This document shows positions 9,802 through 17,250 of a stretch of DNA of 64,000 bases, one piece after another. Each line of letters starts with the position of its first letter. Positions within the stretch are counted from its first letter, which is position 1. The position numbers and the translations under genes are program-made. The stretch comes from Thermoplasmata archaeon (GTDB taxonomy: Archaea > Thermoplasmatota > Thermoplasmata > Lutacidiplasmatales > UBA184), in NCBI GenBank assembly GCA_021817245.1, contig JAKAVQ010000004.1:115403-179402 (forward strand), written 5' to 3'. The notes beneath the pieces are model-generated. The model did not search any database and had not been told where the DNA came from. It saw nothing but the letters and a program-made list of their open reading frames with translations.

Positions 9802-10347
9802 ATGACGGACATCAGTGAAGTAGCCGCCCACGAGGCGGTGGTCTCAGGGTCGGAGAGCGACGACGGTGGTCCGCATGGATTTTCCATGGTGGTCTTCTCG
9901 GGGGACCTCGACCGGCAGATCGCCGCGTTCATCATCGCGAACGGGGCCGCGGCGATGGAGCTGCCGGTGACGATGTTCTTCACGTTCTGGGGGCTGAACG
10001 CGCTCCGGCGCGACGGTCCCGTCCCGATCGCGAACCCGAAGACGACGGTGGAGAAGATGTTCGGCCGCATGATGCCGCGCGGAGCCGAGAAGCTGAAGCT
10101 CTCCCACCTCAACCTCGGCGGGCTCGGCACGCGGATGATCAAGCACGAGATGGAGAAGAAGCACGTCCTCGACCTCCCGCATCTGATCCAGACCGCTCGC
10201 GAACAGGGCGTTCACCTGGTCGCGTGCACGATGACGATGGACCTCATGGGGATCCGGAAGGAGGAGCTGCTCCCGGGGATCGAGTTCGGGGGTGTCGGCA
10301 CGATGGTCTTCGCCTCCGACAACAGCCGTTCGACGCTGTTCATCTAG
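9802..10347 (+). CDS. DsrE/DsrF-like family sulfur-carrier protein (DsrE2/DsrE3-type)
   Basis: FSMVVFSGDLDRQIAAFIIANGAAAMELPVTMFFTFWGL ... GVHLVACTMTMDLMG shows the typical DsrE-family fold pattern with a conserved Cys in the xACxxT segment. GAGGAGG lies upstream of the ATG. Confidence 0.8.
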   Translation: MTDISEVAAHEAVVSGSESDDGGPHGFSMVVFSGDLDRQIAAFIIANGAAAMELPVTMFFTFWGLNALRRDGPVPIANPKTTVEKMFGRMMPRGAEKLKLSHLNLGGLGTRMIKHEMEKKHVLDLPHLIQTAREQGVHLVACTMTMDLMGIRKEELLPGIEFGGVGTMVFASDNSRSTLFI

Positions 10348-10536
10348 TCCGAACCGGTTCGCGGGCCGGTCCCCGCGGGGCTCGATTCCCCCTCCGCCCC
10401 GCGCCCATCGGGCGGGTGACCTACCCCCCCGTTCCCAGCGGGGTGGGACTCCGCACCGGTACGGCCCGTACCGACACGGCCGCGCAGTGCCATCGCACGG
10501 CGGGGAATCGCCGTCAGACGAAATTCACTTTCCCCT

Positions 10537-10542
10537 CTTAAG
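10537..10542 (+). promoter_or_regulatory. TTAAG-type TATA-like box upstream of the tusA-hdr operon
   Basis: CTTAAG lies about 33-37 nt upstream of the ATG at 10575. It follows a 227-nt spacer after the dsrE-like gene. Confidence 0.25.
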
Positions 10543-10574
10543 CGGCGGTCTCCCTCGTTAGCCGTGGGTAGCGC

Positions 10575-10829
10575 ATGGAAGCAGACGAGCTTCGGCACCT
10601 GAAGGTCGACAAGACAGTGGACGCACGGGGCGTGGCCTGCCCGGGGCCGCTCCTCGAGGCGAAACGGGCGGTGGCGAGCGTGCCGCTGCACGGGGTGATG
10701 GAGGTCATCTCCTCGGACGAGGGGACGACCGAAGACGTCCCGCTGTGGGCGAAGAAGGTCGGTCACGAGTACCTCGGAACGGTCCCCGAGGCCGGCATCT
10801 GGCGCGTCTACCTCCGGCGGGGCAAGTAG
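10575..10829 (+). CDS. tusA: sulfurtransferase TusA family protein
   Basis: 84 aa with VDARGVACPGPLLEAKRAV, the canonical TusA Cys-Pro-x-Pro active-site motif. Confidence 0.9.
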   Translation: MEADELRHLKVDKTVDARGVACPGPLLEAKRAVASVPLHGVMEVISSDEGTTEDVPLWAKKVGHEYLGTVPEAGIWRVYLRRGK

Positions 10830-11252
10830 GTGACGCCGAGCGCTCCGGCACCGCGCCGTCCCCGGGTGCTGGTCTTCTCGACGAACGCGATCTCCGACAT
10901 GGGGATCGACCTCGCCGGGAGCTCGCACCTCGACTACGCAGCGTCCGTCGAGGTGATCTCGGTACCCTGCTCCTCCGGGATCCATCCGGAGTGGATACTT
11001 CGGGCGATCCGGGCCGGGTTCGACGGGGTCTTCATCGCCGCGGACGGGCCGGAGTGCTCCTACGTCTCCGATTGCGTCGAACGCACCGGGCGGGTCGTGG
11101 CGGAGGCGCAGGCACTGCTCGAAAAGAGCGGGTACGACGCCGGGCGCCTCAAGATGGCCGCGATCTGCTCGGTCTGCGCGGAGCCTTTCGTCCACCACAT
11201 GCGCCAGTTCGGGGACGCGCTCGCGAGCGCGTCCGCTCCGGCGGTGGGATAG
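10830..11252 (+). CDS. MvhD/FlpD-like hydrogenase iron-sulfur (delta) subunit
   Basis: VLVFSTNAISDMGIDLAG...VISVPCSSGIHPEWILRAIRAGFDGVFIAADGPECSY...ICSVCAEPF matches the methyl-viologen-reducing hydrogenase delta-subunit pattern. The GTG start directly abuts the tusA TAG stop. Confidence 0.8.
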   Translation: MTPSAPAPRRPRVLVFSTNAISDMGIDLAGSSHLDYAASVEVISVPCSSGIHPEWILRAIRAGFDGVFIAADGPECSYVSDCVERTGRVVAEAQALLEKSGYDAGRLKMAAICSVCAEPFVHHMRQFGDALASASAPAVG

Positions 11253-13985
11253 ATGACCGATGTTCCGGCGACCTCGGGCTACGACGTGCTGGTGATCGGC
11301 GCCGGTGTCGGCGGGATGGAGTCCGCGCTCTCCCTCGGCGACATGGGCTTCAAGGTGCTCCTGGTCGAGAAGGAGGCCAGTGTCGGCGGCCGGATGATCC
11401 TCCTGAGCAAGGTCTTCCCGACGCTCGACTGCGCGAGCTGTATCTCGACGCCGAAGATGGCGGCGGTCGGCCACCATCCGAACGTCCGTTCCCTCGTCTA
11501 CTCGGAGGTCGACGAGATCACCGCCCGGCCGGAGGGCGGCTTCTCGGTACGACTCACGCAGAAGCCGACGTTCGTCGATGCCGCGAAGTGCACGGGGTGC
11601 TCCCTCTGCGAGCCGGTCTGTCCGGTACCGGTCCCGGACGAGTTCAACTACGACCTGGCCGGTCGTCGGGCGGCGCACATCGCCTTCCCGCAGGCCGTGC
11701 CCAAGAAAGCCGTCCTTTCTCGCCGGGGCACTTCGCCCTGTTCGTTCACGTGTCCTGCGGGGGTCAAGCCCCACGGGTACATCGCGCTCGTCCGCGCGGG
11801 GAAGTACGACGAGGCGTTCCGCCAGCATCTCGAGGACGCTCCGCTCGTGGGGGTCCTGAGCCGTGCCTGCTACGCCCCGTGCGAAGAGTCGTGCACGCGG
11901 GCGGATCTCGAGGGCACGGTATCGATCCGCGGGATCAAGCGGTTCATGGCCGACCGGTATTACGCCGCCCACCCCGAACCCGAATACGGCCCCCCGAAGG
12001 TCCTGTCGGGAAAGAAGGTCGCGATCGTCGGCTCGGGTCCGAGCGGACTCACCGCCGCCTTCTTCCTCGCAAAGGCGGGACACACCGTGACCATTCTCGA
12101 GTCCGCCGCGGAGCCCGGGGGCATGCTCCGGTGGGGGATCCCCTCCTACCGTCTTCCGAAGAGCGTGCTCGAGCGGGACCTGAAGAATATCACCGCGCTG
12201 GGGGTCCAGCTTCATACCGGGGTCAAGGTCGGTTCGCTCGAGGCCCTCCGCTCCGACGGGTATGACGCGGTGTTCCTGGCGACCGGCACGGTCGGCGGTC
12301 GGACCCTCGGAGTGTCGGGGGACCACCTGAAGGGCGTCTACGACGCGGTCGGGTTCCTGCACGACGTGAACGCCGACGCTCCGCCGGACGTCGCCGGGAA
12401 GAACGTCGCGGTGATCGGCGGGGGGAACGTCGCGATCGACTGCGCCCGCAGCGCGCTCCGCCTCGGGGCGAAGCAGGTCTACCTCGTCTACCGGCGCTCG
12501 CGCGAAGAGATGCCCGCCCATGCCTGGGAGATCCGGGACGCCGAGGAGGAGGGGGTCCACCTTGCGTGCTCGTGGGACGTCGATCAGGTCGTGGGCTACG
12601 ACGGGCGCGTGTGGGCCCTCGAGCTCGTCGGGTCGTCCTCCACGGGCGGCAAGGGTAGGAAGCAGGCCCTCGCGCGCGACGAGAGCCGCCGCGAGACGCT
12701 CCCCGTCGGTGCCGTGATCGCCGCGATCGGTCTCACTCCCGCGACGTCGCCGTTCTCGACCGAGATCGCGCGCGCGGCGAACGGGACCGTAAAGGCGACC
12801 CCCGAGACCCTTCAGACCTCGCTCCCGTACGTGTTCGCGGGCGGGGACGATGTGCTGGGTCCCTCCTCGATCGCCGACTCGATGGGCCAGGGCCGGCGCG
12901 CGGCCTTTTACATCGATCGCTACCTCCGCGGCGTCGAGCTGAGCGGCACCGTCTTCGACGACCCCCTGCCCGAGGTCGACCGCGCTCAGGTGGCCGCCGA
13001 GGCGCGGACGGACGCGCCCGCCCGGCTTCCGGTGCCGGCGCCCCGTCTTGCCGTCGGGGACCGGATCGCCTCGTTCGTCGACTTCGAGGCCGGGCTCACG
13101 GAGGAGGAGGCGCGCGCGAACGCGAACCGCTGCCTCGACTGCGGGATCTGTTCGGAGTGCCGACAGTGCGTCGCGGCCTGCCCCGCGGACGCGATCGACC
13201 TCGGGATGCGGGCGCGGCACGAGACCGTCACGGCGCGCTCGGTCGTCCTTGCGACCGGGTTCTCTCCCTTCGATGCGCGTCAGAAGCCGGCGTACGGCTA
13301 CGGCCGTCTCCCGAACGTGATCACCGGGCCCCAGATGGACCGGATCCTCGCCCCGACCCGGCCGTTCAACGCCGTGGTCCGACCCTCCGACGGAAAGACG
13401 CCGAGCAACGTCGCGTTCGTCCTGTGCACCGGCTCCCGCGACGACCAGGTCGGCAACCGGCTCTGCTCGCGGGTCTGCTGCATGTACTCGATGAAGCAGG
13501 CTCAGCTGCTGATGGGCTCGCTGCCGCTCGCGGACGTCACCATCTACTACATCGACATCCGGGCGTTCGGCAAGGGCTACGAGGAGTTCTACCGGCAGAC
13601 CCAAGGGATGGCCGTCTCGTTCGTGAAGGGGAAGGTCTCCCGCATCGAACCGACCGACGACCAGGACCTCCTGGTCCATTACGAGGACGTCGAGGGCGGG
13701 GGCGGCGAGAAGGTCGCGCGGCACGACCTGGTTGTCCTCGCGGTCGGACTCTTGCCGAACACGGGCGCGCTCAAGCTCTTCCCGGACGGGGCCCCGGCGA
13801 GTGACGTTCACGCCTACATCTCCGAGCCCGACGAGGAGCTCGAACCGGGGAAGACGAGCCTTGCGGGGGTCTTTGTCATCGGGTCGGCGACCGCGGTCCG
13901 CGACATCCCCGACACGATCGTCCACTCGGAGGCCGCCTCGGCCCAGGTCGCCGCGTTCCTGAAGCGGCCGGGAGCGAAGGCATGA
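11253..13985 (+). CDS. HdrA-like flavoprotein with inserted GltD/NfnB/SudA-like NAD(P)H-binding module (HdrL-like fusion)
   Basis: The 910-aa protein has these segments in order: an N-terminal FAD site YDVLVIGAGVGGMESALSLG; a ferredoxin motif CTGCSLCEPVCP; a GltD-type segment CSFTCPAGV...YAPCEESCTR, KKVAIVGSGPSGLTAAFFLAKAGHTVTILE and GKNVAVIGGGNVAIDCA; a second ferredoxin motif CLDCGICSECRQCVAACP; and the HdrA signature VLCTGSRDDQVGNRLCSRVCCMYS. Confidence 0.85.
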   Translation: MTDVPATSGYDVLVIGAGVGGMESALSLGDMGFKVLLVEKEASVGGRMILLSKVFPTLDCASCISTPKMAAVGHHPNVRSLVYSEVDEITARPEGGFSVRLTQKPTFVDAAKCTGCSLCEPVCPVPVPDEFNYDLAGRRAAHIAFPQAVPKKAVLSRRGTSPCSFTCPAGVKPHGYIALVRAGKYDEAFRQHLEDAPLVGVLSRACYAPCEESCTRADLEGTVSIRGIKRFMADRYYAAHPEPEYGPPKVLSGKKVAIVGSGPSGLTAAFFLAKAGHTVTILESAAEPGGMLRWGIPSYRLPKSVLERDLKNITALGVQLHTGVKVGSLEALRSDGYDAVFLATGTVGGRTLGVSGDHLKGVYDAVGFLHDVNADAPPDVAGKNVAVIGGGNVAIDCARSALRLGAKQVYLVYRRSREEMPAHAWEIRDAEEEGVHLACSWDVDQVVGYDGRVWALELVGSSSTGGKGRKQALARDESRRETLPVGAVIAAIGLTPATSPFSTEIARAANGTVKATPETLQTSLPYVFAGGDDVLGPSSIADSMGQGRRAAFYIDRYLRGVELSGTVFDDPLPEVDRAQVAAEARTDAPARLPVPAPRLAVGDRIASFVDFEAGLTEEEARANANRCLDCGICSECRQCVAACPADAIDLGMRARHETVTARSVVLATGFSPFDARQKPAYGYGRLPNVITGPQMDRILAPTRPFNAVVRPSDGKTPSNVAFVLCTGSRDDQVGNRLCSRVCCMYSMKQAQLLMGSLPLADVTIYYIDIRAFGKGYEEFYRQTQGMAVSFVKGKVSRIEPTDDQDLLVHYEDVEGGGGEKVARHDLVVLAVGLLPNTGALKLFPDGAPASDVHAYISEPDEELEPGKTSLAGVFVIGSATAVRDIPDTIVHSEAASAQVAAFLKRPGAKA

Positions 13986-15715
13986 CCGACGAGAAGTCCC
14001 GCCGAATCGGCGTCGTCGTCTGCCAGTGCGGCGGCAACATCTCCGACTACGTCGATACGGAGAAGGTCCGGGAAGCGGCGAGCCACGAACCGGGCGTCGT
14101 CTCGACCCAGGTCCAGATGTTCGCCTGCTCGGACGCCGCCCAGCAGGACGCGATCCGCGAGATCCGGGAAAAGAAGCTCGACGGGATCGTCGTCTGTTCC
14201 TGCTCGCCGAAGCTCCACCTCGCCACCTTCCGTGCGATGGCCGAACGGGCCGGGCTCAACCCCTACGAGTACACCCAGGTCAACATCCGCGAGCAGTGTT
14301 CCTGGGCGCATACCCACGACCCCGCGGGAGCGACCGCGAAGGCCACCGGTCTCGTGATGGCCGGTATCGCCCGGACGGCGCGGTCCCAGCCGCTCGAGCC
14401 GATCCGTGTCGAGACCCTACCCCAGGCGCTGGTCCTCGGGGCCGGGGTCGCCGGACTGCGGAGCGCCCTTGCCCTGTCGGACCTCGGAATCTCCGTCCAC
14501 CTGGTCGAGAGTTCCGACCACGCGGGCGGCCAGGTGATGCGCTGGGGCGACCTCTTCCCGCACGACAAGGTCGGTGCGGAGCTTGTGGCCTCGCTCGTCG
14601 CCGAGGTCGGTCGCCGAGAGAACATCCAGCTCTACCTCGGGACCGAGCTCGTGGAGAAAAGCGGCCGGGTGGGCGCGTTCTCGGTGCGCCTCCGGACGTT
14701 CACCGGCGATCAGATCCCCCTCAAGGTGGGGGCGATCGTCGTCGCGACCGGCTTCGAGCCGTACACTCCCAAGCCGGACGAATTCGGTTACGGCCTTCCC
14801 GGCGTGATCACCCTCCCCGAGCTCAAGGAGGCGCTCGCCCGCCGACCGAAACCGCTCGTCTACGGGGGCCGGGAGATCCGATCGATCGCGTACATCTACT
14901 GCGTCGGCTCGCGACAGTCCGCCGACGACGGAACCGGGCATGCGTACTGCTCCCGCTACTGCTGCAGCGCGACCAGCCACATCTCCACCGTCGTGAACGG
15001 CCTCGACGCGTCCGTCAAGCAGTACCACCTCTTCCGGGACGTCCGAACGTACGGGAAGTACGAAGCGCTCTACGAGAGCGCGCTTCGCGGCGGCTCGCTC
15101 TTCCTCCGGTACGGCGAGGAGGCGCCGCCGGTCGTCCGCTCGCAGGACGGCGCGCTGGTCGTCCAGGTCAAGGACCGGCTGCTCGGCGGAGAGGAGGTCG
15201 AGCTCCGGCCCGACCTCGTCGTCCTCGTGACCGGCATGGTCCCCCGGGACAACGCGGCCCTGACGCGGGTCCTAAAGATCCCGGTAGGACAGGACGGGTT
15301 CTTCCGCGAAGTGCACGTCAAGCTGCGCCCGGTCGAGACCGTCGTCGACGGCGTCTTCATCGTCGGGACCGCCCAGGGACCGAAGAACGTCGCGGAGAGC
15401 GTTCAGAGCGCCCTCGCGGCCGTCTCGAAGGCCGGGGCCCTCCTCCTGAAGGGGTACGTCGACCTCGACCCGCAGGTCGCGAAGGTCGACCCGAACCTCT
15501 GCGTGTGGTGCGACGAGTGCACGAAGGCCTGTCCGTACGGCGCCATCGACCGCGTCGCGTACGGCGACAAGGAGGTCGCCGAGGTGAACCCCATCCTGTG
15601 CAAGGGGGAGGGAGCCTGCGTCCCGGTCTGCCCGAAGCAGGCCGTCAGCGTCCTCGGGTACACGCACGAGCAGGTCACGTCGATGATCGATGCGCTGGCG
15701 AAGGAGGCCGTATGA
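13982..15715 (+). CDS. hdrA: heterodisulfide reductase subunit A-like flavoprotein (full-length HdrA type)
   Basis: Canonical HdrA N-terminal domain RIGVVVCQCGGNISDYVD...VVCSCSPKLHLATF...NIREQCSWAH, FAD site LVLGAGVAGLRSAL, signature CVGSRQS...YCSRYCCSATS, and two C-terminal ferredoxin motifs (CVWCDECTKACP, CKGEGACVPVCP). ATGA overlap with the upstream gene. Confidence 0.9.
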   Translation: MTDEKSRRIGVVVCQCGGNISDYVDTEKVREAASHEPGVVSTQVQMFACSDAAQQDAIREIREKKLDGIVVCSCSPKLHLATFRAMAERAGLNPYEYTQVNIREQCSWAHTHDPAGATAKATGLVMAGIARTARSQPLEPIRVETLPQALVLGAGVAGLRSALALSDLGISVHLVESSDHAGGQVMRWGDLFPHDKVGAELVASLVAEVGRRENIQLYLGTELVEKSGRVGAFSVRLRTFTGDQIPLKVGAIVVATGFEPYTPKPDEFGYGLPGVITLPELKEALARRPKPLVYGGREIRSIAYIYCVGSRQSADDGTGHAYCSRYCCSATSHISTVVNGLDASVKQYHLFRDVRTYGKYEALYESALRGGSLFLRYGEEAPPVVRSQDGALVVQVKDRLLGGEEVELRPDLVVLVTGMVPRDNAALTRVLKIPVGQDGFFREVHVKLRPVETVVDGVFIVGTAQGPKNVAESVQSALAAVSKAGALLLKGYVDLDPQVAKVDPNLCVWCDECTKACPYGAIDRVAYGDKEVAEVNPILCKGEGACVPVCPKQAVSVLGYTHEQVTSMIDALAKEAV

Positions 15716-15963
15716 AGGGGAAGAAGAACCTGCGGAACCTCCGCGAGGTGCTGGCCGACGAGATGGTCGAGCACGACCGCATCCGCGGTCAGCTCCGGGG
15801 GGGTGCGAAGACGATCCCCGAGCTCGCCGCCGCGCTCGACGCGCCGACCGACGAGGTCGTGAAGTGGGTCATGGGCATGCGACGCTACGGCCTCGTCCGC
15901 GACCTCCCGAAGCCGCGCGCCGATGACTACCACCGCTACGAGCTCGTGGAGGCCCGCTCATGA
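15712..15963 (+). CDS. small hypothetical protein (winged-helix-like?) embedded between hdrA and hdrC
   Basis: 83 aa: MKGKKNLRNLREVLADEMVEHDRIRGQLRGGAKTIPELAAALDAPTDEVVKWVMGMRRYGLVRDL... AAGGAGG lies 5 nt upstream. It has ATGA overlaps with both neighbours. It is the only plausible part of track ORF 14026..15963. Confidence 0.6.
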   Translation: MKGKKNLRNLREVLADEMVEHDRIRGQLRGGAKTIPELAAALDAPTDEVVKWVMGMRRYGLVRDLPKPRADDYHRYELVEARS

Positions 15964-16268
15964 AGACCGACCCGACGTTTGTGGACACGCTGCGGCTCGG
16001 CGGCGAGTTCGACGCTCGAATGTGCATGAACTGCGGCGTGTGCACCGCCCTCTGCCCCCTCGGCCTCGAGATCCTCCCGCGGAAGCTCTTCCGGCGGGTG
16101 CTCCTCGGTGACCACACCGCGGTGGAGGGCCAGGAAACGACGATCTTCTCCTGCTTGCTCTGCCGACTGTGCGAGCAGAACTGTCCGGGCGGGGTGCACA
16201 TCGCGGAGAACGTGCGCACGCTGCGCACGTACCTGAACCGGGAGGTTCACGGGCTCGCGGAAGCCTGA
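15960..16268 (+). CDS. hdrC: HdrC-like 4Fe-4S dicluster protein
   Basis: 102 aa with two cluster motifs, CMNCGVCTALCP and CLLCRLCEQNCP, spaced as in heterodisulfide reductase subunit C. Confidence 0.85.
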   Translation: MKTDPTFVDTLRLGGEFDARMCMNCGVCTALCPLGLEILPRKLFRRVLLGDHTAVEGQETTIFSCLLCRLCEQNCPGGVHIAENVRTLRTYLNREVHGLAEA

Positions 16269-16281
16269 GGAGGGACGGATC

Positions 16282-17250
16282 ATGCCGGTACCGATCTCGG
16301 CGACGCTCGGAATGCTGGGCGACAACCTGCGCAAGCGCCGGAGCGCGCTCCCTCTCGGGCGTCGCGTCTCCACCGCGTGGGCCCGTGGGCTCGATCTGCC
16401 GCACGGTGGCTCCACGGTCCTCTACACCGGCCAGATGTGGCAGATGGTCCCCGCCATCAACGCGATGAGCCGACAGCTCTCGAAGTACGAGAACTCGCGG
16501 CTGACCGGCCTCTTCGGTTTCGCGAGGACGCTGAACCGGCTCGTCAACCTGACCCCCTTGCTCGCCCGCACGAAGGCGAGCGAACGAAGGGCGTACAACG
16601 AGCGACTGCGGAACATCGTGCGCCTGCTCCGCGCCGCAGGCGTCGAGTTCGGGTACCTCTATGCGGACGACGTGTACGCGGGCGGGCTGGCCCACGACGA
16701 GGGGCTCGACCGCGCCCTCGAGGAGCACGCGCGCTGGGTCTGGGAGGTGTTCCGGCGGAACGGCGTCCGACGTGTGATCACCGTCGACCCGCACACGACC
16801 AACATGCTGCGCAGCGTCTTCCCGAAGCTGGTCCCGGGCTTCTCGCTGGAGGTGCGGAGCTATCTGGAGGTCCTCGCCGAGAAGCGGCTCACCGCGCGTG
16901 CCCCCCTCGAGCGTACCGCGACCATCCACGACTCCTGCGTCTACGCACGGTACGAGAACGTCGTGGAGCCGCCGCGGACCCTCCTCGCCGGCGCCGGAGT
17001 CCGGCTCGCCGAACCGGAGCTGTCGGGAAAGATGACGTTCTGCTGCGGGGGTCCGATCGAGATGCTCTTCCCCGGAAAGTCCTCGGAGGTCGCGACCAAG
17101 CGGATCAACCAGCTCAAGGCCGTCGATTCGCGGGTCGTCACAGCCTGTCCGCTCTGCTATGCCAACCTCTCGCGGGCGGCACCCTCCGACGTCGAGATCC
17201 ACGACATCTCCGACTACCTGGTCGAGGCATACTGTCCGGTCGAAGCCTGA
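16282..17250 (+). CDS. HdrB-like CCG-domain protein with only one intact CCG motif
   Basis: The C-terminal half carries DSCVY...TFCCGGPIE...ACPLCY (CCG domain). The N-terminal half (VLYTGQMWQMVPAINAM) has no cysteines where the first CCG domain of HdrB normally sits. GGAGGG lies upstream of the ATG. Confidence 0.8.
   Translation: MPVPISATLGMLGDNLRKRRSALPLGRRVSTAWARGLDLPHGGSTVLYTGQMWQMVPAINAMSRQLSKYENSRLTGLFGFARTLNRLVNLTPLLARTKASERRAYNERLRNIVRLLRAAGVEFGYLYADDVYAGGLAHDEGLDRALEEHARWVWEVFRRNGVRRVITVDPHTTNMLRSVFPKLVPGFSLEVRSYLEVLAEKRLTARAPLERTATIHDSCVYARYENVVEPPRTLLAGAGVRLAEPELSGKMTFCCGGPIEMLFPGKSSEVATKRINQLKAVDSRVVTACPLCYANLSRAAPSDVEIHDISDYLVEAYCPVEA

Noticed and set aside
9699-10142. 147-aa minus-strand ORF and other short ORFs overlapping the dsrE-like gene.
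   Set aside because: They are antisense to a motif-supported DsrE-family gene. Their composition and their lack of a start context argue against coding.
10827-11252. Pyrrolysine or other TAG recoding as an explanation for the in-frame TAG codons between tusA, mvhD and hdrA.
   Set aside because: TAG is an ordinary and frequent stop here, terminating roughly a quarter of the genes I called (e.g. GH15, the Kelch/PKD gene, lrp, hdrB2, dsrE, lplA, treS, malQ and GH57). I saw no pyl genes.
10344-13925. 1193-aa minus-strand ORF covering the tusA-mvhD-hdrA region.
   Set aside because: It is antisense to four genes with unambiguous family motifs. Its translation is Arg/Gly/Pro/Asp-rich low complexity with no motifs. 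Long open antisense frames are expected in very GC-rich DNA because stop codons are A/T-rich.
13982-15715. Selenocysteine (in-frame TGA) in HdrA, as occurs in some methanogen HdrA proteins.
   Set aside because: The HdrA frame is uninterrupted and all expected ligand positions are Cys codons. No internal TGA is present.
14026-15963. 645-aa plus-strand ORF out of frame with hdrA.
   Set aside because: Its first 560 codons or so overlap the well-supported HdrA frame and translate to Arg/Pro-rich noise. Only the last 84 codons (15712-15963), which have their own SD and ATG, are kept as a gene.
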